In this document: one piece after another, positions 28,781 to 39,166 of the stretch
Position numbering within the stretch: the stretch's first letter is position 1
Layout of the letters: each line of letters opens with the position of its first letter
NCBI GenBank assembly: GCA_963718525.1
Contig: OY970355.1
Coordinates: forward strand, 864,001 to 928,000
Length of the DNA: 64,000 nucleotides
Source: Candidatus Dormiibacterota bacterium
GTDB taxonomy: Bacteria; Chloroflexota; Dormibacteria; Aeolococcales; Aeolococcaceae
Direction: 5' to 3'
Made by a program: the position numbers and the translations under genes
The notes under the pieces: generated by a model
Told to the model about the DNA's origin: nothing
The model's input: only the letters and a program-made list of their open reading frames with translations
Databases searched by the model: none

Positions 28781-29947
28781 TTGAGTAATGTCATCCCCGA
28801 ACCGGTCAGCTTCGACGAGCTCGCCTTGAGCGTCGCCATGCAGCACACGGTTGCCGAGCTCGGATACACGATGGCCACGCCCATTCAGGCCGGATCGCTG
28901 CCGTTTGCGATGGCGGGGCGGGACGTCATCGGTCAGGCGCAGACCGGGAGCGGCAAGACCGCGGCGTTCGGGATTCCGATCATCGAGCGGCTCGATCCGC
29001 GTGACGGTCCCGTACAGGCGCTCGTGCTCTGTCCCACCCGAGAGCTGGCAGTCCAGGTGCACGACGAGCTGACCAGGCTGGGAAAGCGCCATGAGCTGCG
29101 CAGCGTCGCGATCTACGGCGGCGACTCGATTGGACGTCAGATGGAGGAGCTGCGCCAGGGAGCGCACATCGTCGTCGCGACCCCCGGCCGGCTGGGCGAC
29201 CACATCCAGCGGCGCTCCCTCACCCTTGCAAACGTCCGCGTCTGCGTCCTCGATGAGGCTGACCGCATGCTCGACATGGGATTCGCACCCGATGTCGAAC
29301 GGATCCTCAGGCAATGCCCGCCGCAGCGTCAGACGCTGCTCTTCAGCGCCACGATGCCGGAGTGGGTGCGCAGGCTCGCGCTGCGCCACATGCACGATCC
29401 GGAGACCGTGGAGATCAGCACGAGGCCGGAGATCCCCGCGGAGGTCCGGCAGCTCTACGTGCAGACCACCTGGGCGGACAAGACCGACGCGCTGGCGCAG
29501 ATCCTCGATCAGCCGGACGTGGTGATGGCGCTGATCTTCGTGGAGACCAAACGCACCGCCGACGTACTGCAGGCGCAGCTCGGGGGGCGCGGGTACCAGG
29601 TGGGACTTCTCCACGGCGACCTCACCCAGCGCGAGCGCGATCGCGCGATGCAGCAGTTCCGCGCCACGCACATCAAGTACCTCATCGCGACCAATGTCGC
29701 GGCCCGCGGCCTCGACATCGACGACATCTCGCACGTGATCAACTACGACGTGCCGCTCACCCCGGACGAGTACCTGCATCGCGTGGGTAGGACGGGACGT
29801 GCCGGGCGCGCAGGCGTTGCGGTCACGCTGATCACGCCCAGCGAGATCCTCAAGCTGCGCGACGTCGAGAAGCACGCGCGAACGCACATCGAGCCGGCGA
29901 CGCTCGCCGTGGATTTCCCCGCGGTGGTGGTCGCCGCCCAGGCCTGA
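28781..29947 (+). CDS. DEAD-box RNA helicase
   Basis: TPIQ, AQTGSGKT, PTRELA, DEAD, SAT, ARGLD, HRVGRTGR; start approximate. Confidence 0.95.
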   Translation: MSNVIPEPVSFDELALSVAMQHTVAELGYTMATPIQAGSLPFAMAGRDVIGQAQTGSGKTAAFGIPIIERLDPRDGPVQALVLCPTRELAVQVHDELTRLGKRHELRSVAIYGGDSIGRQMEELRQGAHIVVATPGRLGDHIQRRSLTLANVRVCVLDEADRMLDMGFAPDVERILRQCPPQRQTLLFSATMPEWVRRLALRHMHDPETVEISTRPEIPAEVRQLYVQTTWADKTDALAQILDQPDVVMALIFVETKRTADVLQAQLGGRGYQVGLLHGDLTQRERDRAMQQFRATHIKYLIATNVAARGLDIDDISHVINYDVPLTPDEYLHRVGRTGRAGRAGVAVTLITPSEILKLRDVEKHARTHIEPATLAVDFPAVVVAAQA

Positions 29948-29963
29948 GCCCGCGAGGACCAAA

Positions 29964-30743
29964 TTGCTGCCGGCCATCCACGACACTGGAAGTGGCGAGG
30001 CGGTGCTCTTCCTGCACGCGTTCACCATGGATGCGTCGCAGTGGGATCACCAGGTCGCAGCACTTTCAGGTGAATTGCGCTGCGTACGCCTCGACCTATG
30101 GGGCTGCGGCGCCTCGCCGGCGCCTCCGACCGGAGTGCCCACGCTCGATGGTTTCGCCGCCGCTGTGCTGGCCGCGCTCAACTCGCGCAACATCGACCGC
30201 GTCGCCGTGGTCGGACTCTCGATGGGAGGCTACCTCGCGTTCGCGCTCTGGCGGCTGGCGCCCGAGCGGATCCGCGCGCTGGTGCTCTGCAACACACGCG
30301 CGACCGCCGACGCCGAAGCACCCCGAAACGACCGCCTGACCATGGCCGATCAGGTGGAACGTGAAGGGTCGGTGGAGTCGATCGTCGAGCCGATGGTTGC
30401 GCGGCTCTTGAGTCCAAGAGCGCAGGCCGAGGCCCATATCGTCGAGCCGGTGCGGGGTCGCGTCCGGCGGTGCACGCCCGCCGGGATCGCGTTCGCGCAA
30501 CGCGCGATGGCCGCCCGGCCCGACAGCAGCGCACTGCTCGCCTCCATCAACGTCCCGACCCTGGTGATCGCCGGAACCCACGACGCGATCATCCCGGTCA
30601 GCGAGGTTCAGGCCATGGCTGACAGTATCCCGGGGGCCCGATGGGTTGCCCTCGATTCCGGCCATCTGAGCAATCTCGAGCTTCCCCGTGCCGTCAACGA
30701 GCAGCTCGCGGCCTTCCTCATTCCGGCGACAATGGCGCCGTGA
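29964..30743 (+). CDS. Alpha/beta hydrolase
   Basis: LHAF, GLSMGG, D and GHLSNLE triad residues. Confidence 0.9.
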   Translation: MLPAIHDTGSGEAVLFLHAFTMDASQWDHQVAALSGELRCVRLDLWGCGASPAPPTGVPTLDGFAAAVLAALNSRNIDRVAVVGLSMGGYLAFALWRLAPERIRALVLCNTRATADAEAPRNDRLTMADQVEREGSVESIVEPMVARLLSPRAQAEAHIVEPVRGRVRRCTPAGIAFAQRAMAARPDSSALLASINVPTLVIAGTHDAIIPVSEVQAMADSIPGARWVALDSGHLSNLELPRAVNEQLAAFLIPATMAP

Positions 30744-30934
30744 GTCAGCTTCCCAAGGATCTCCTCGAGATCATGGCCTGTCCGCGCTGCCGGGGACCGC
30801 TGGCCGTCGAGCCGGAATCGCTTCGCTGCGACGCCTGCATGCTCCGCTACCGCGTCGACAACGGCATCCCCGTGATGCTGATCCACGAGGCCGAGCATTT
30901 CGGCCCCGACGCGCAGGCCCCGCCGGCCGGCTAG
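30740..30934 (+). CDS. Trm112/YcaR-family protein
   Basis: LLEIMACPRCRGPL...C..C...YRVDNGIPVML. Confidence 0.88.
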   Translation: MSQLPKDLLEIMACPRCRGPLAVEPESLRCDACMLRYRVDNGIPVMLIHEAEHFGPDAQAPPAG

Positions 30935-30940
30935 ATCGGG

Positions 30941-32131
<1,191 letters not shown>

Positions 32132-32186
32132 GCAGCCAGTCTACCCAAAACCTGTCGAAACCTGACCTACCGGGTCCGGATTTGGT

Positions 32187-32522
32187 TCAGGACTTCGGGG
32201 GACGCCCGACCCGACGCGGTCCGGTGCCGCTGCGGGTCGTCTTCGTGGCAGCGCCGGCAGGCCGCGTCCGCGGCCTTCCGACCGGGCGCTTCACCGGCGC
32301 AGTCGTCGCTTTCGGCGGTCTGCCAACGGGACGCTTCACCGGCGTGCTCGGGGCGGCCACGCGCGGAGCAGGTTCCGATGCCATGGCGGCGAGGATCGTC
32401 CGCTCCGTCTCCTCGAGCCGCGCAGCCAGCGCCAGGACGCGTCGATGGGCCGCCCGTGTCGCGGTCAGCGCGTCGGCAAGCGAAACCGTCGCGCCGCCCC
32501 GCTTCTGCTTCTTTCCAGCCAT
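32187..32522 (-). CDS. Small basic protein: helical N-terminus plus three AT-hook-like GRP motifs (111 aa)
   Basis: KRPVGRPPK, KRPVGRPRT, RRVGRPPKS; fills the gap between moeB and murE. Confidence 0.7.
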   Translation of the reverse strand: MAGKKQKRGGATVSLADALTATRAAHRRVLALAARLEETERTILAAMASEPAPRVAAPSTPVKRPVGRPPKATTAPVKRPVGRPRTRPAGAATKTTRSGTGPRRVGRPPKS

Positions 32523-32553
32523 GATCGGAGCGACCCTACCATAGACTGGGACG

Positions 32554-34080
32554 GTGCATCCGACGCGTGCGGCGCGCCCCCTTGCCGCTCTGCTCGGGGC
32601 GACCGGGATCGAAGCCGCGCTCCAACCATCGGAGGCGGGGTCAGGGATCACCGCAATCACATCCAACTCCCGTGCGGTGACCCCGGGCAGCCTCTTCGTG
32701 GCGATTCGGGGCAGGCGGTCCGACGGCCATGACTTCATCGCCGACGCTGCCAAACACGGAGCTGCGGCAGTCATCGCCGAGCGGTCCCCGGAGCCCTCGA
32801 TCGCCCCACCGATACCGGTGGTCATCGTGAGCGACGCGAGGCTCGCTCTTGCCGGCCTGGCTGCCGCCTTCAACGACCACCCGAGCCGGCACCTGTGCGT
32901 CGTGGGGATCACCGGCACCGACGGGAAGACCACCACGGCGACCCTGCTCTGGCACGCCTGGCGCGCGGCCGGCATCGCCGCCGCGTCGATGACCACCGTG
33001 GACCGCCGGACGGGCGGCGACGTCGCCGCCAACCCATCGCGGCAGACCACGCCAGAGGCACCGGAGTTGCAGTCCGAGCTCGCGCGCGTCCGCGAGGCCG
33101 GGTGCACGCACGTCGCTCTCGAAACCTCGTCGCACGCGCTCGAGATGCGGCGCACCGACGGCGTGGACTTCCGCGCGGCCGTCTTCACGCGGATCACCAC
33201 GGAACATCTCGAACTCCACGGCAGTCGCGACCGCTACCTGGCGGCCAAGGCACGCCTGCTCGAGCAGGTGTCGACGCGGCCGGATGGCATCGCCGTGCTC
33301 GATGCCGGCGACCCGTTCGGATTTCCGCACCTCGTCAGCATCCCCGTCGCCACCAGGCTGACGTACACGGACCTGCCCGATATCGCCGCGGATCTGCGCG
33401 CCGTGGACATCGTGGCCGAGCCTTCGGCGGTCCGCTTCGGCGCTCGCACGCCATGGGGGGATGCGGTGGTCCGCCTCCGCCTCGCGGGCAGCTTCAACGT
33501 CCGCAACGCCCTCGCAGCGCTCGCAGCAGCCTGTGCCACCGGGGCGGACCTTGAGCGCGCGGTGCGCGGTCTCGAGTCGGCGCAGGCGGTCATCGGTCGC
33601 ATGGAGCGCGTCGATCTCGGCCAGCCATTCGAGGTGGTGGTCGACTACGCCCACACCGGTGACGCGCTCGAAACGGTCCTTCACGAGCTGCGCCACACCA
33701 CCACGGGCCGGCTCTGGGCAGTGTTCGGTTCAGCGGGGGAACGCGACCTGGAGAAGCGGCCGGCGATGGGAGCGGTGGCGGCGCGGCTGGCCGACGTCAG
33801 CGTGATCACCGACGAGGATCCGCGTGGCGAAGACCGCGATCGCATCCTCGAGCAGATCGCCGCGGGAGCCGTCGCCGCCGGTGGGGTGCGGGGCGGGAAC
33901 GTCTTCGTGATCCCGGATCGCCAGGAGGCCATCGATTTCGCGGTTGCGAGTGCGGCCCCCGGGGACACCGTCCTGTGCGCGGGCAAGGGTCACGAGAAAA
34001 CTCTCGAGACCCTGAGCGGGGAGATCCCGTGGAATGAGCGCGACGTCGTCGTGGACGCGATCCGGCGGCGGATCAGCTGA
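32554..34080 (+). CDS. murE: UDP-MurNAc-tripeptide synthetase
   Basis: GITGTDGKTT, TTPEA, ETSSH, DYAHT, DEDPR, AGKGHE. Confidence 0.95.
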   Translation: MHPTRAARPLAALLGATGIEAALQPSEAGSGITAITSNSRAVTPGSLFVAIRGRRSDGHDFIADAAKHGAAAVIAERSPEPSIAPPIPVVIVSDARLALAGLAAAFNDHPSRHLCVVGITGTDGKTTTATLLWHAWRAAGIAAASMTTVDRRTGGDVAANPSRQTTPEAPELQSELARVREAGCTHVALETSSHALEMRRTDGVDFRAAVFTRITTEHLELHGSRDRYLAAKARLLEQVSTRPDGIAVLDAGDPFGFPHLVSIPVATRLTYTDLPDIAADLRAVDIVAEPSAVRFGARTPWGDAVVRLRLAGSFNVRNALAALAAACATGADLERAVRGLESAQAVIGRMERVDLGQPFEVVVDYAHTGDALETVLHELRHTTTGRLWAVFGSAGERDLEKRPAMGAVAARLADVSVITDEDPRGEDRDRILEQIAAGAVAAGGVRGGNVFVIPDRQEAIDFAVASAAPGDTVLCAGKGHEKTLETLSGEIPWNERDVVVDAIRRRIS

Positions 34081-34720
34081 TCGGGTGGCGGCTCGGGGTC
34101 CCGGGCCTCCTCGGGTACCCAGCCGGGGTCGGCGCCACTTTCCGCACGATCAGCACGCCCTGGGCTGGTGCGGCTGGAGCGCCCCCGCCGCAGGCCGAGG
34201 CCGCGCTGGCGCAGGCGTGACGTGCGGCCGGTGCATCGGCCACCAACGCGGCGAGCGTGCCGCCGACGCTCAGCAAGGGCAGGGCGAGCTCGCAGAGCAC
34301 CGGTAGTGGTGCCGTCGCCCGCGACGTTGCGAAGTCGAATTGCTCGCGCAGGTCCGCACGGTGCCCGGCGTCCTCAGCGCGAATCGCCTCAACTCGCACC
34401 CGCGAGAGTCCCAGCAGACCGGCGACGTGGATGAGGAAGGCGCTCTTGCGCCGGTCGGAGTCGATGAGGGTGACCGACAGGTCGGGCCTGAGCACCGCGA
34501 TGACAATCCCCGGCACGCCACCACCGGACCCGATGTCGACGGCCCTGCAGCCATGCGGCGGAGCGATCACGTCGAGGAGCGCCTCAACCTCGGCGACGTT
34601 GCGTGCCCACATCTGCTCGCGCCTGATCGAGGTGAGGTTGAGACGCGCCGACCAGCGCTCGAGCTCATCGAGATATGCGTCGAGAGTCGCGTTCACGTCG
34701 CCGGTACGAAGCGATCCCAT
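34073..34720 (-). CDS. rsmG: 16S rRNA m7G methyltransferase
   Basis: WSARLNLTS, DIGSGGGVPG, RAE, SRA, YPRRPG. Confidence 0.92.
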   Translation of the reverse strand: MGSLRTGDVNATLDAYLDELERWSARLNLTSIRREQMWARNVAEVEALLDVIAPPHGCRAVDIGSGGGVPGIVIAVLRPDLSVTLIDSDRRKSAFLIHVAGLLGLSRVRVEAIRAEDAGHRADLREQFDFATSRATAPLPVLCELALPLLSVGGTLAALVADAPAARHACASAASACGGGAPAAPAQGVLIVRKVAPTPAGYPRRPGTPSRHPIS

Positions 34721-34820
34721 GGCGCCGAGCGTAGCGCCCGTCCGCAACCGTGCCGGGTCGGTGACGGTGGCTCGATTGGTCCCCCCACCTGCCTCCTCCG
34801 TGCGATCATGCAGTGGAGCG

Positions 34821-35015
34821 ATGGACACGAACCCGGAAACGTCCGACCGGTGCCCCGTATGCAAGGGGGAGATGCTCTCGGTGCTGTACTACGGCGCTGA
34901 GGGCGAGTCCGTCGGCGGCCACCGGATCTGCCCGGGCTGCGGTCCGCGATCGGTGGTCGAGATCGGCGCTGCCGACGAGGTCCGCCGCCGGCTCCTGGAG
35001 CGCAAGGCCTCCTAG
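34821..35015 (+). CDS. Small zinc-ribbon protein (64 aa)
   Basis: GGAG SD; CPVC...CPGC. Confidence 0.6.
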   Translation: MDTNPETSDRCPVCKGEMLSVLYYGAEGESVGGHRICPGCGPRSVVEIGAADEVRRRLLERKAS

Positions 35016-35159
35016 CTCACCGGGCGCTGAGCAGGTGCCCGCGGAAACGGCGACCCAATCGGATGTTCTGCGCGCGGCCGTGTGACGTCGCGGTGACGGC
35101 CGGTGACGGCGCGATGACATGGGGAGATCGGCGAGGCACCCGATGGGAGACTGGCCGCG

Positions 35160-36353
35160 ATGCGTCACCTCCGGTTTCCGTTCGCCCATCACCGTGTTGT
35201 GCTGGCGCTGCCGTTCGCGCTGATGCTGACGCTGATCGCCATGCCGGCGGCGGCAGGGCCGACGCCAGGGGTGACCGCGGCGCAATCCGCGGCGGCCGCA
35301 GCGGCCAAGGACGCCCAGAACGCGAAGGCTGCCGCCAACAACGCTGACACGGCGCTCGCGCTCGCGCGCAGCGCGCTCGCGGCGGCGAACGCACACCTTG
35401 CGCTCATCAACACCCAGATCAGCGCGCTCAACACCACGATCGCAGCGGACACCGCGACTCTGCGCACGGTCAATACGCAACTCACCGCGGATCGCGGTCA
35501 CCTCTCCGCGTATCTGCGCCAGTCGTACGAGAGCGGTGGCTCACAGGCATTGATCGCCTACATCATCTCGGCGAACACCATCGCAGCGGCGATTCAGCGA
35601 GATGTGCAGGTCAACGAAATCTCTTCGGCCAGCCAGCAGCTGGTCGGTCGCATCGCGGCCGAGGAGCAGAAAGCGAACGCAACGCTGGCACAGCACACCG
35701 CCGACCTTGCGCAACTCGCCGCAGAGGAAGAGCAGGCGCGCACCGAGGAAGCGATCATCAAGGTGCAGACGCAGACGCTCCTGGCGGCGGACATCACCGC
35801 ACACGCACACGTTTCCCAGGCGCAGAAGGCGCTTGCCGCCGCTGTCGCCGCCCTTGCCGCGGCGCGCGCTCGAGATGCGATCTACCAGGCGGTCCCCGGG
35901 CCGCTCTTCACCGTCGACACCAACCTCACCCTGCCCAGCGGTGAGACTGCTGCAAGCCTCGATCAGTTCCTGGCCGGCTCAGCGCTTGCCGGACTCGGCG
36001 GGAGCTTCATGCAGGCGGAGTCCACGTACCACGTCAGCGCGCGCTATTTCGTCGCCCACGCGATCCTCGAATCGGGCTGGGGCACGAGCGCCATCGCGCA
36101 GTTCAAGCACAATCTCTTCGGTTTCGGCGCCGACGACGCGAACCCCTACGGGGACGCAATGACGTTCACGAGCTTCGACGCGTGCATCCAGTACGTCGCG
36201 CAATTCATCGCAACCAACTACCTGACCGTCGGCGGGCAGTTCTATCACGGTCCGACTCTGCGCGGCATGAACGTTGACTACGCGAGCGACCCCAATTGGG
36301 CCGAGAAGATCGCGAGCATCGCCGACACGATTCCTCCGCTCGCCGTCCCCTGA
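35160..36353 (+). CDS. Secreted coiled-coil GH73 glucosaminidase (cell-wall hydrolase)
   Basis: Signal peptide, Ala-rich coiled coil, HAILESGWG, NLFG, YASDPNW. Confidence 0.88.
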   Translation: MRHLRFPFAHHRVVLALPFALMLTLIAMPAAAGPTPGVTAAQSAAAAAAKDAQNAKAAANNADTALALARSALAAANAHLALINTQISALNTTIAADTATLRTVNTQLTADRGHLSAYLRQSYESGGSQALIAYIISANTIAAAIQRDVQVNEISSASQQLVGRIAAEEQKANATLAQHTADLAQLAAEEEQARTEEAIIKVQTQTLLAADITAHAHVSQAQKALAAAVAALAAARARDAIYQAVPGPLFTVDTNLTLPSGETAASLDQFLAGSALAGLGGSFMQAESTYHVSARYFVAHAILESGWGTSAIAQFKHNLFGFGADDANPYGDAMTFTSFDACIQYVAQFIATNYLTVGGQFYHGPTLRGMNVDYASDPNWAEKIASIADTIPPLAVP

Positions 36354-36365
36354 CCTTCGGGTCGG

Positions 36366-36749
36366 TTACTTCGAACCGCGACGCCGGCCGGCCTTGAGAA
36401 CGCGCACCTCGTCGGCGAGCAACTCGCTGTCGACCTCTCGCTGTGAGTCGTCGTCGAGCTCCCCACTGACCGCCCATGTGAACTTCACATTGGACGGCTG
36501 CCCGCGATCGAACTTGACATTCCAGACCTCACCCACCGCGAGTGGCAGCTCGGCGCGCGGGACACGCAGCGACACTTCGACGGCCTTCGGTTCCATCCCC
36601 GGCGCATGCAGCATCACCTGGGCGCTCACGTGTGATGACAGACGGAGTCCGTGATCGGTCTCGACAAAGCTCACGAGCGTCGCCGTCCCCTCCACGGGCT
36701 CCTTCATCCGTCCGAACATCTCTGCCCAACTCCTGAGGATTGACGACAC
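36366..36749 (-). CDS. Hypothetical small beta-rich protein
   Basis: Plausible composition and fills the gap; start uncertain. Confidence 0.55.
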   Translation of the reverse strand: MSSILRSWAEMFGRMKEPVEGTATLVSFVETDHGLRLSSHVSAQVMLHAPGMEPKAVEVSLRVPRAELPLAVGEVWNVKFDRGQPSNVKFTWAVSGELDDDSQREVDSELLADEVRVLKAGRRRGSK

Positions 36750-36798
36750 CGCCAGTGTGATGCATTGGGCTGCCCATTTCAGCGGCTACGCTGGCCTG

Positions 36799-38502
36799 AT
36801 GCACCATCCGATCGGCGCGCACGCACTGCTCGCGGACTCGAGGACCGCAGCACTCGTCGACCCCGCAGGCAACGTGGCGTGGCTGTGCTGGCCGTGGATC
36901 GACTCGACGCCGCTGTTCTTCTCGATCCTTGACGACGTTCGAGGCGGCGCATTTTCCCTGCGGCCTGAGCAAGCCGACGCGCGTGTGATCTCCCGCCGCT
37001 ATCACCCCCGATCGCTCGTCCTCGAGACGGTATGGCAGGTCGGTGCGGCGCGGCTGACCGTCGACGATGCGCTCGAGCTTGGCGACGGTCCGCGGCTGGT
37101 TCGCAGCATGCGGATTGAGGGCGACGCAGTCGATGTGGTCGTCGAGGTCCATCCGCCGGCGTGGCCTGGGATCGTTGCATCGCTGCGCGTCGCTGACGAC
37201 TCGCTCGAGCTTGACGGAGCCAGCCATGTGGTCGTTCACGGGGCGTCGGGGTGGGCGGCGAGCGCGGACGGTGCCGTCAGCAGGTTGCATGTTCGCCCCG
37301 GATCGGCGGCGACGGTCACACTCGGCGCGGCAGGGGCCGTGCGGCGCGCATTCTCGTTCGACACGACGATCGCTTGCTGGCAGCGAACCATCCCGGCGAT
37401 GAACGCCCAGGGCGGAGCCCACATCGCTGGCGGGCTCCTCGAGACGACGGCGGCAGTGCTCATCGGTCTGCGCCGGACTGGCGGCGGCATCGTCGCCGCC
37501 CCGACCACCTCGCTGCCGCAGTGGCCCGGGTCGGGACGGACCTGGGACTACCGATACTGCTGGCTGCGCGACTCCTCAGTCGCCGCGCTGGCTCTGCTCC
37601 GGCTCGGCCTTGTGGACTCGGCAGCGTCGCTGGGGTCATTCATCGGTTCGGTGGTCATGAGCTCAGGACCGGTTCCGCTGGTCAGGGTTGACGGAAGCGC
37701 GCCGCCGGAGGAGATGGAGATCCCGCAACTCACCGGCTACGGCGGTGCTCGTCCGGTGCGGATCGGCAACGCTGCGGCGGGCCAGGCGCAACTCGACGTC
37801 CCCGGCGAGGTGATCGAGCTCGCCACGGCGCTCACCCGGGTGTCCGCGCTTCCCCACGAACTCGCGGCGGCCGTGCCGATTCTGGCCGGCTGGCTCGTGG
37901 AGCACTGGCGCGAGCCCGACCACGGGATCTGGGAGATCCGGGGTGCTCCAGGGCGATACACCCACTCCCTGGTGACCGCTCTCAGCGGACTGCATGGTGC
38001 CGCCGCGCTCGTCGATCAGCGCGTGGCCTCCGGCGACGCCGAAGCATGGCGGCACGCTGCGGCAGCCATCGAGGCCGACCTTGATGGGTCAGGCGGGCCG
38101 ATGCAGCTCCGCCTCGACGGCGGGGGCGCCGACGCAGCGCTTGCCCAGGCCGTACTTCTCGGCGGGCTCGACACCCTCGCCGGACGCGCCGCCCCCACCC
38201 TCGACCTGATCGTCCAGCAGCTCGACCGCGGCGGCCTTGTCGATCGCCATGAGCGGGACGTGGACCCAATCGCCGATCCGTGCGCGCCGTTCGTCTTCCC
38301 CACGTTCTGGCTCGCCGGAGCGCTCGTTGCAATCGGGCGCGACGGTTCGCGCTGGCGCGACGCGGCACTGTCAACCCGGGGACCGCTCGGGCTCTTCGGC
38401 GAGGTCGCCGATCCAGCCGATCATTCCCCGCTCGGCAACTACCCGCAGGTGCAGAGTCACGCTGCATTCGTCCTCGCCGTGGTGCCGGAGAAGCCCTTCT
38501 AG
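36799..38502 (+). CDS. Glycoside hydrolase family 15 (trehalase/glucoamylase-like)
   Basis: AAPTTSLP, WDYRYCWLRD, GIWE, LGNYPQ. Confidence 0.9.
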   Translation: MHHPIGAHALLADSRTAALVDPAGNVAWLCWPWIDSTPLFFSILDDVRGGAFSLRPEQADARVISRRYHPRSLVLETVWQVGAARLTVDDALELGDGPRLVRSMRIEGDAVDVVVEVHPPAWPGIVASLRVADDSLELDGASHVVVHGASGWAASADGAVSRLHVRPGSAATVTLGAAGAVRRAFSFDTTIACWQRTIPAMNAQGGAHIAGGLLETTAAVLIGLRRTGGGIVAAPTTSLPQWPGSGRTWDYRYCWLRDSSVAALALLRLGLVDSAASLGSFIGSVVMSSGPVPLVRVDGSAPPEEMEIPQLTGYGGARPVRIGNAAAGQAQLDVPGEVIELATALTRVSALPHELAAAVPILAGWLVEHWREPDHGIWEIRGAPGRYTHSLVTALSGLHGAAALVDQRVASGDAEAWRHAAAAIEADLDGSGGPMQLRLDGGGADAALAQAVLLGGLDTLAGRAAPTLDLIVQQLDRGGLVDRHERDVDPIADPCAPFVFPTFWLAGALVAIGRDGSRWRDAALSTRGPLGLFGEVADPADHSPLGNYPQVQSHAAFVLAVVPEKPF

Positions 38503-38509
38503 GTCTCAC

Positions 38510-39163
38510 TCACGAGCATGAGGCGGGATCCGGCGCGACGCCGGGATCGTGCACGCCGACAGCGACTCCGCCCGGCAGCACCGCGATGCACTCGATATCG
38601 GTTCTCAGGGCGCTGAGTTTGGGCGCGATCGCGAAGAGCCGGTCCAGCGACAGGGCCGCGTCGATCTGCGAGGCAAGCCCGGAGCCCACGAACCCGGGGA
38701 GGCCCAGCATCCCGATGTCGACCTCCGGGACCTGCGCAGCGATCGCCGGCCCGGTCGGACCCGGCTGCAGGGAGACACTGATGTGAGCAACGGCCGTCGC
38801 ATTGAACGGTCCGGCCGAGACCTGCGCCGAGACCACCAGCAGGCCCCCGCGAACGCGTACCTGAACGTCACGGAAGGCATCAGGGTGCGGGTTGTTGGCG
38901 ACGGCGAGCACCGTCAGGTCGCGCTCGCTGAGCACCACGACGCCGTGCGTCCCCTGGATGAGCTGCGCCGCCATCTCCTCGCCGAGGGCGAGCGCGATCG
39001 CCTCCTCGGTGGAGCCGTGAGACGGCCCCGCAGGCAGCCGGCCAAGGTCCGGCGCGGCCAGCGCTCGATCGGCGAGAAACGCCATCGCGCCGATGGCGAA
39101 CAGGAGGGCGAGCAGCCCGATGCAGCATCCGCGCACGATGCCGCGCTGGTCAGGGGGGGTCAC
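38510..39163 (-). CDS. Hypothetical N-anchored membrane protein
   Basis: N-terminal TM helix followed by a beta-rich domain. Confidence 0.6.
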   Translation of the reverse strand: MTPPDQRGIVRGCCIGLLALLFAIGAMAFLADRALAAPDLGRLPAGPSHGSTEEAIALALGEEMAAQLIQGTHGVVVLSERDLTVLAVANNPHPDAFRDVQVRVRGGLLVVSAQVSAGPFNATAVAHISVSLQPGPTGPAIAAQVPEVDIGMLGLPGFVGSGLASQIDAALSLDRLFAIAPKLSALRTDIECIAVLPGGVAVGVHDPGVAPDPASCS

Positions 39164-39166
39164 GCC

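Noticed and set aside
35016-35159. Possible c-di-AMP (ydaO) riboswitch upstream of the cell-wall hydrolase
   Set aside because: The context fits but I could not find the conserved motif elements
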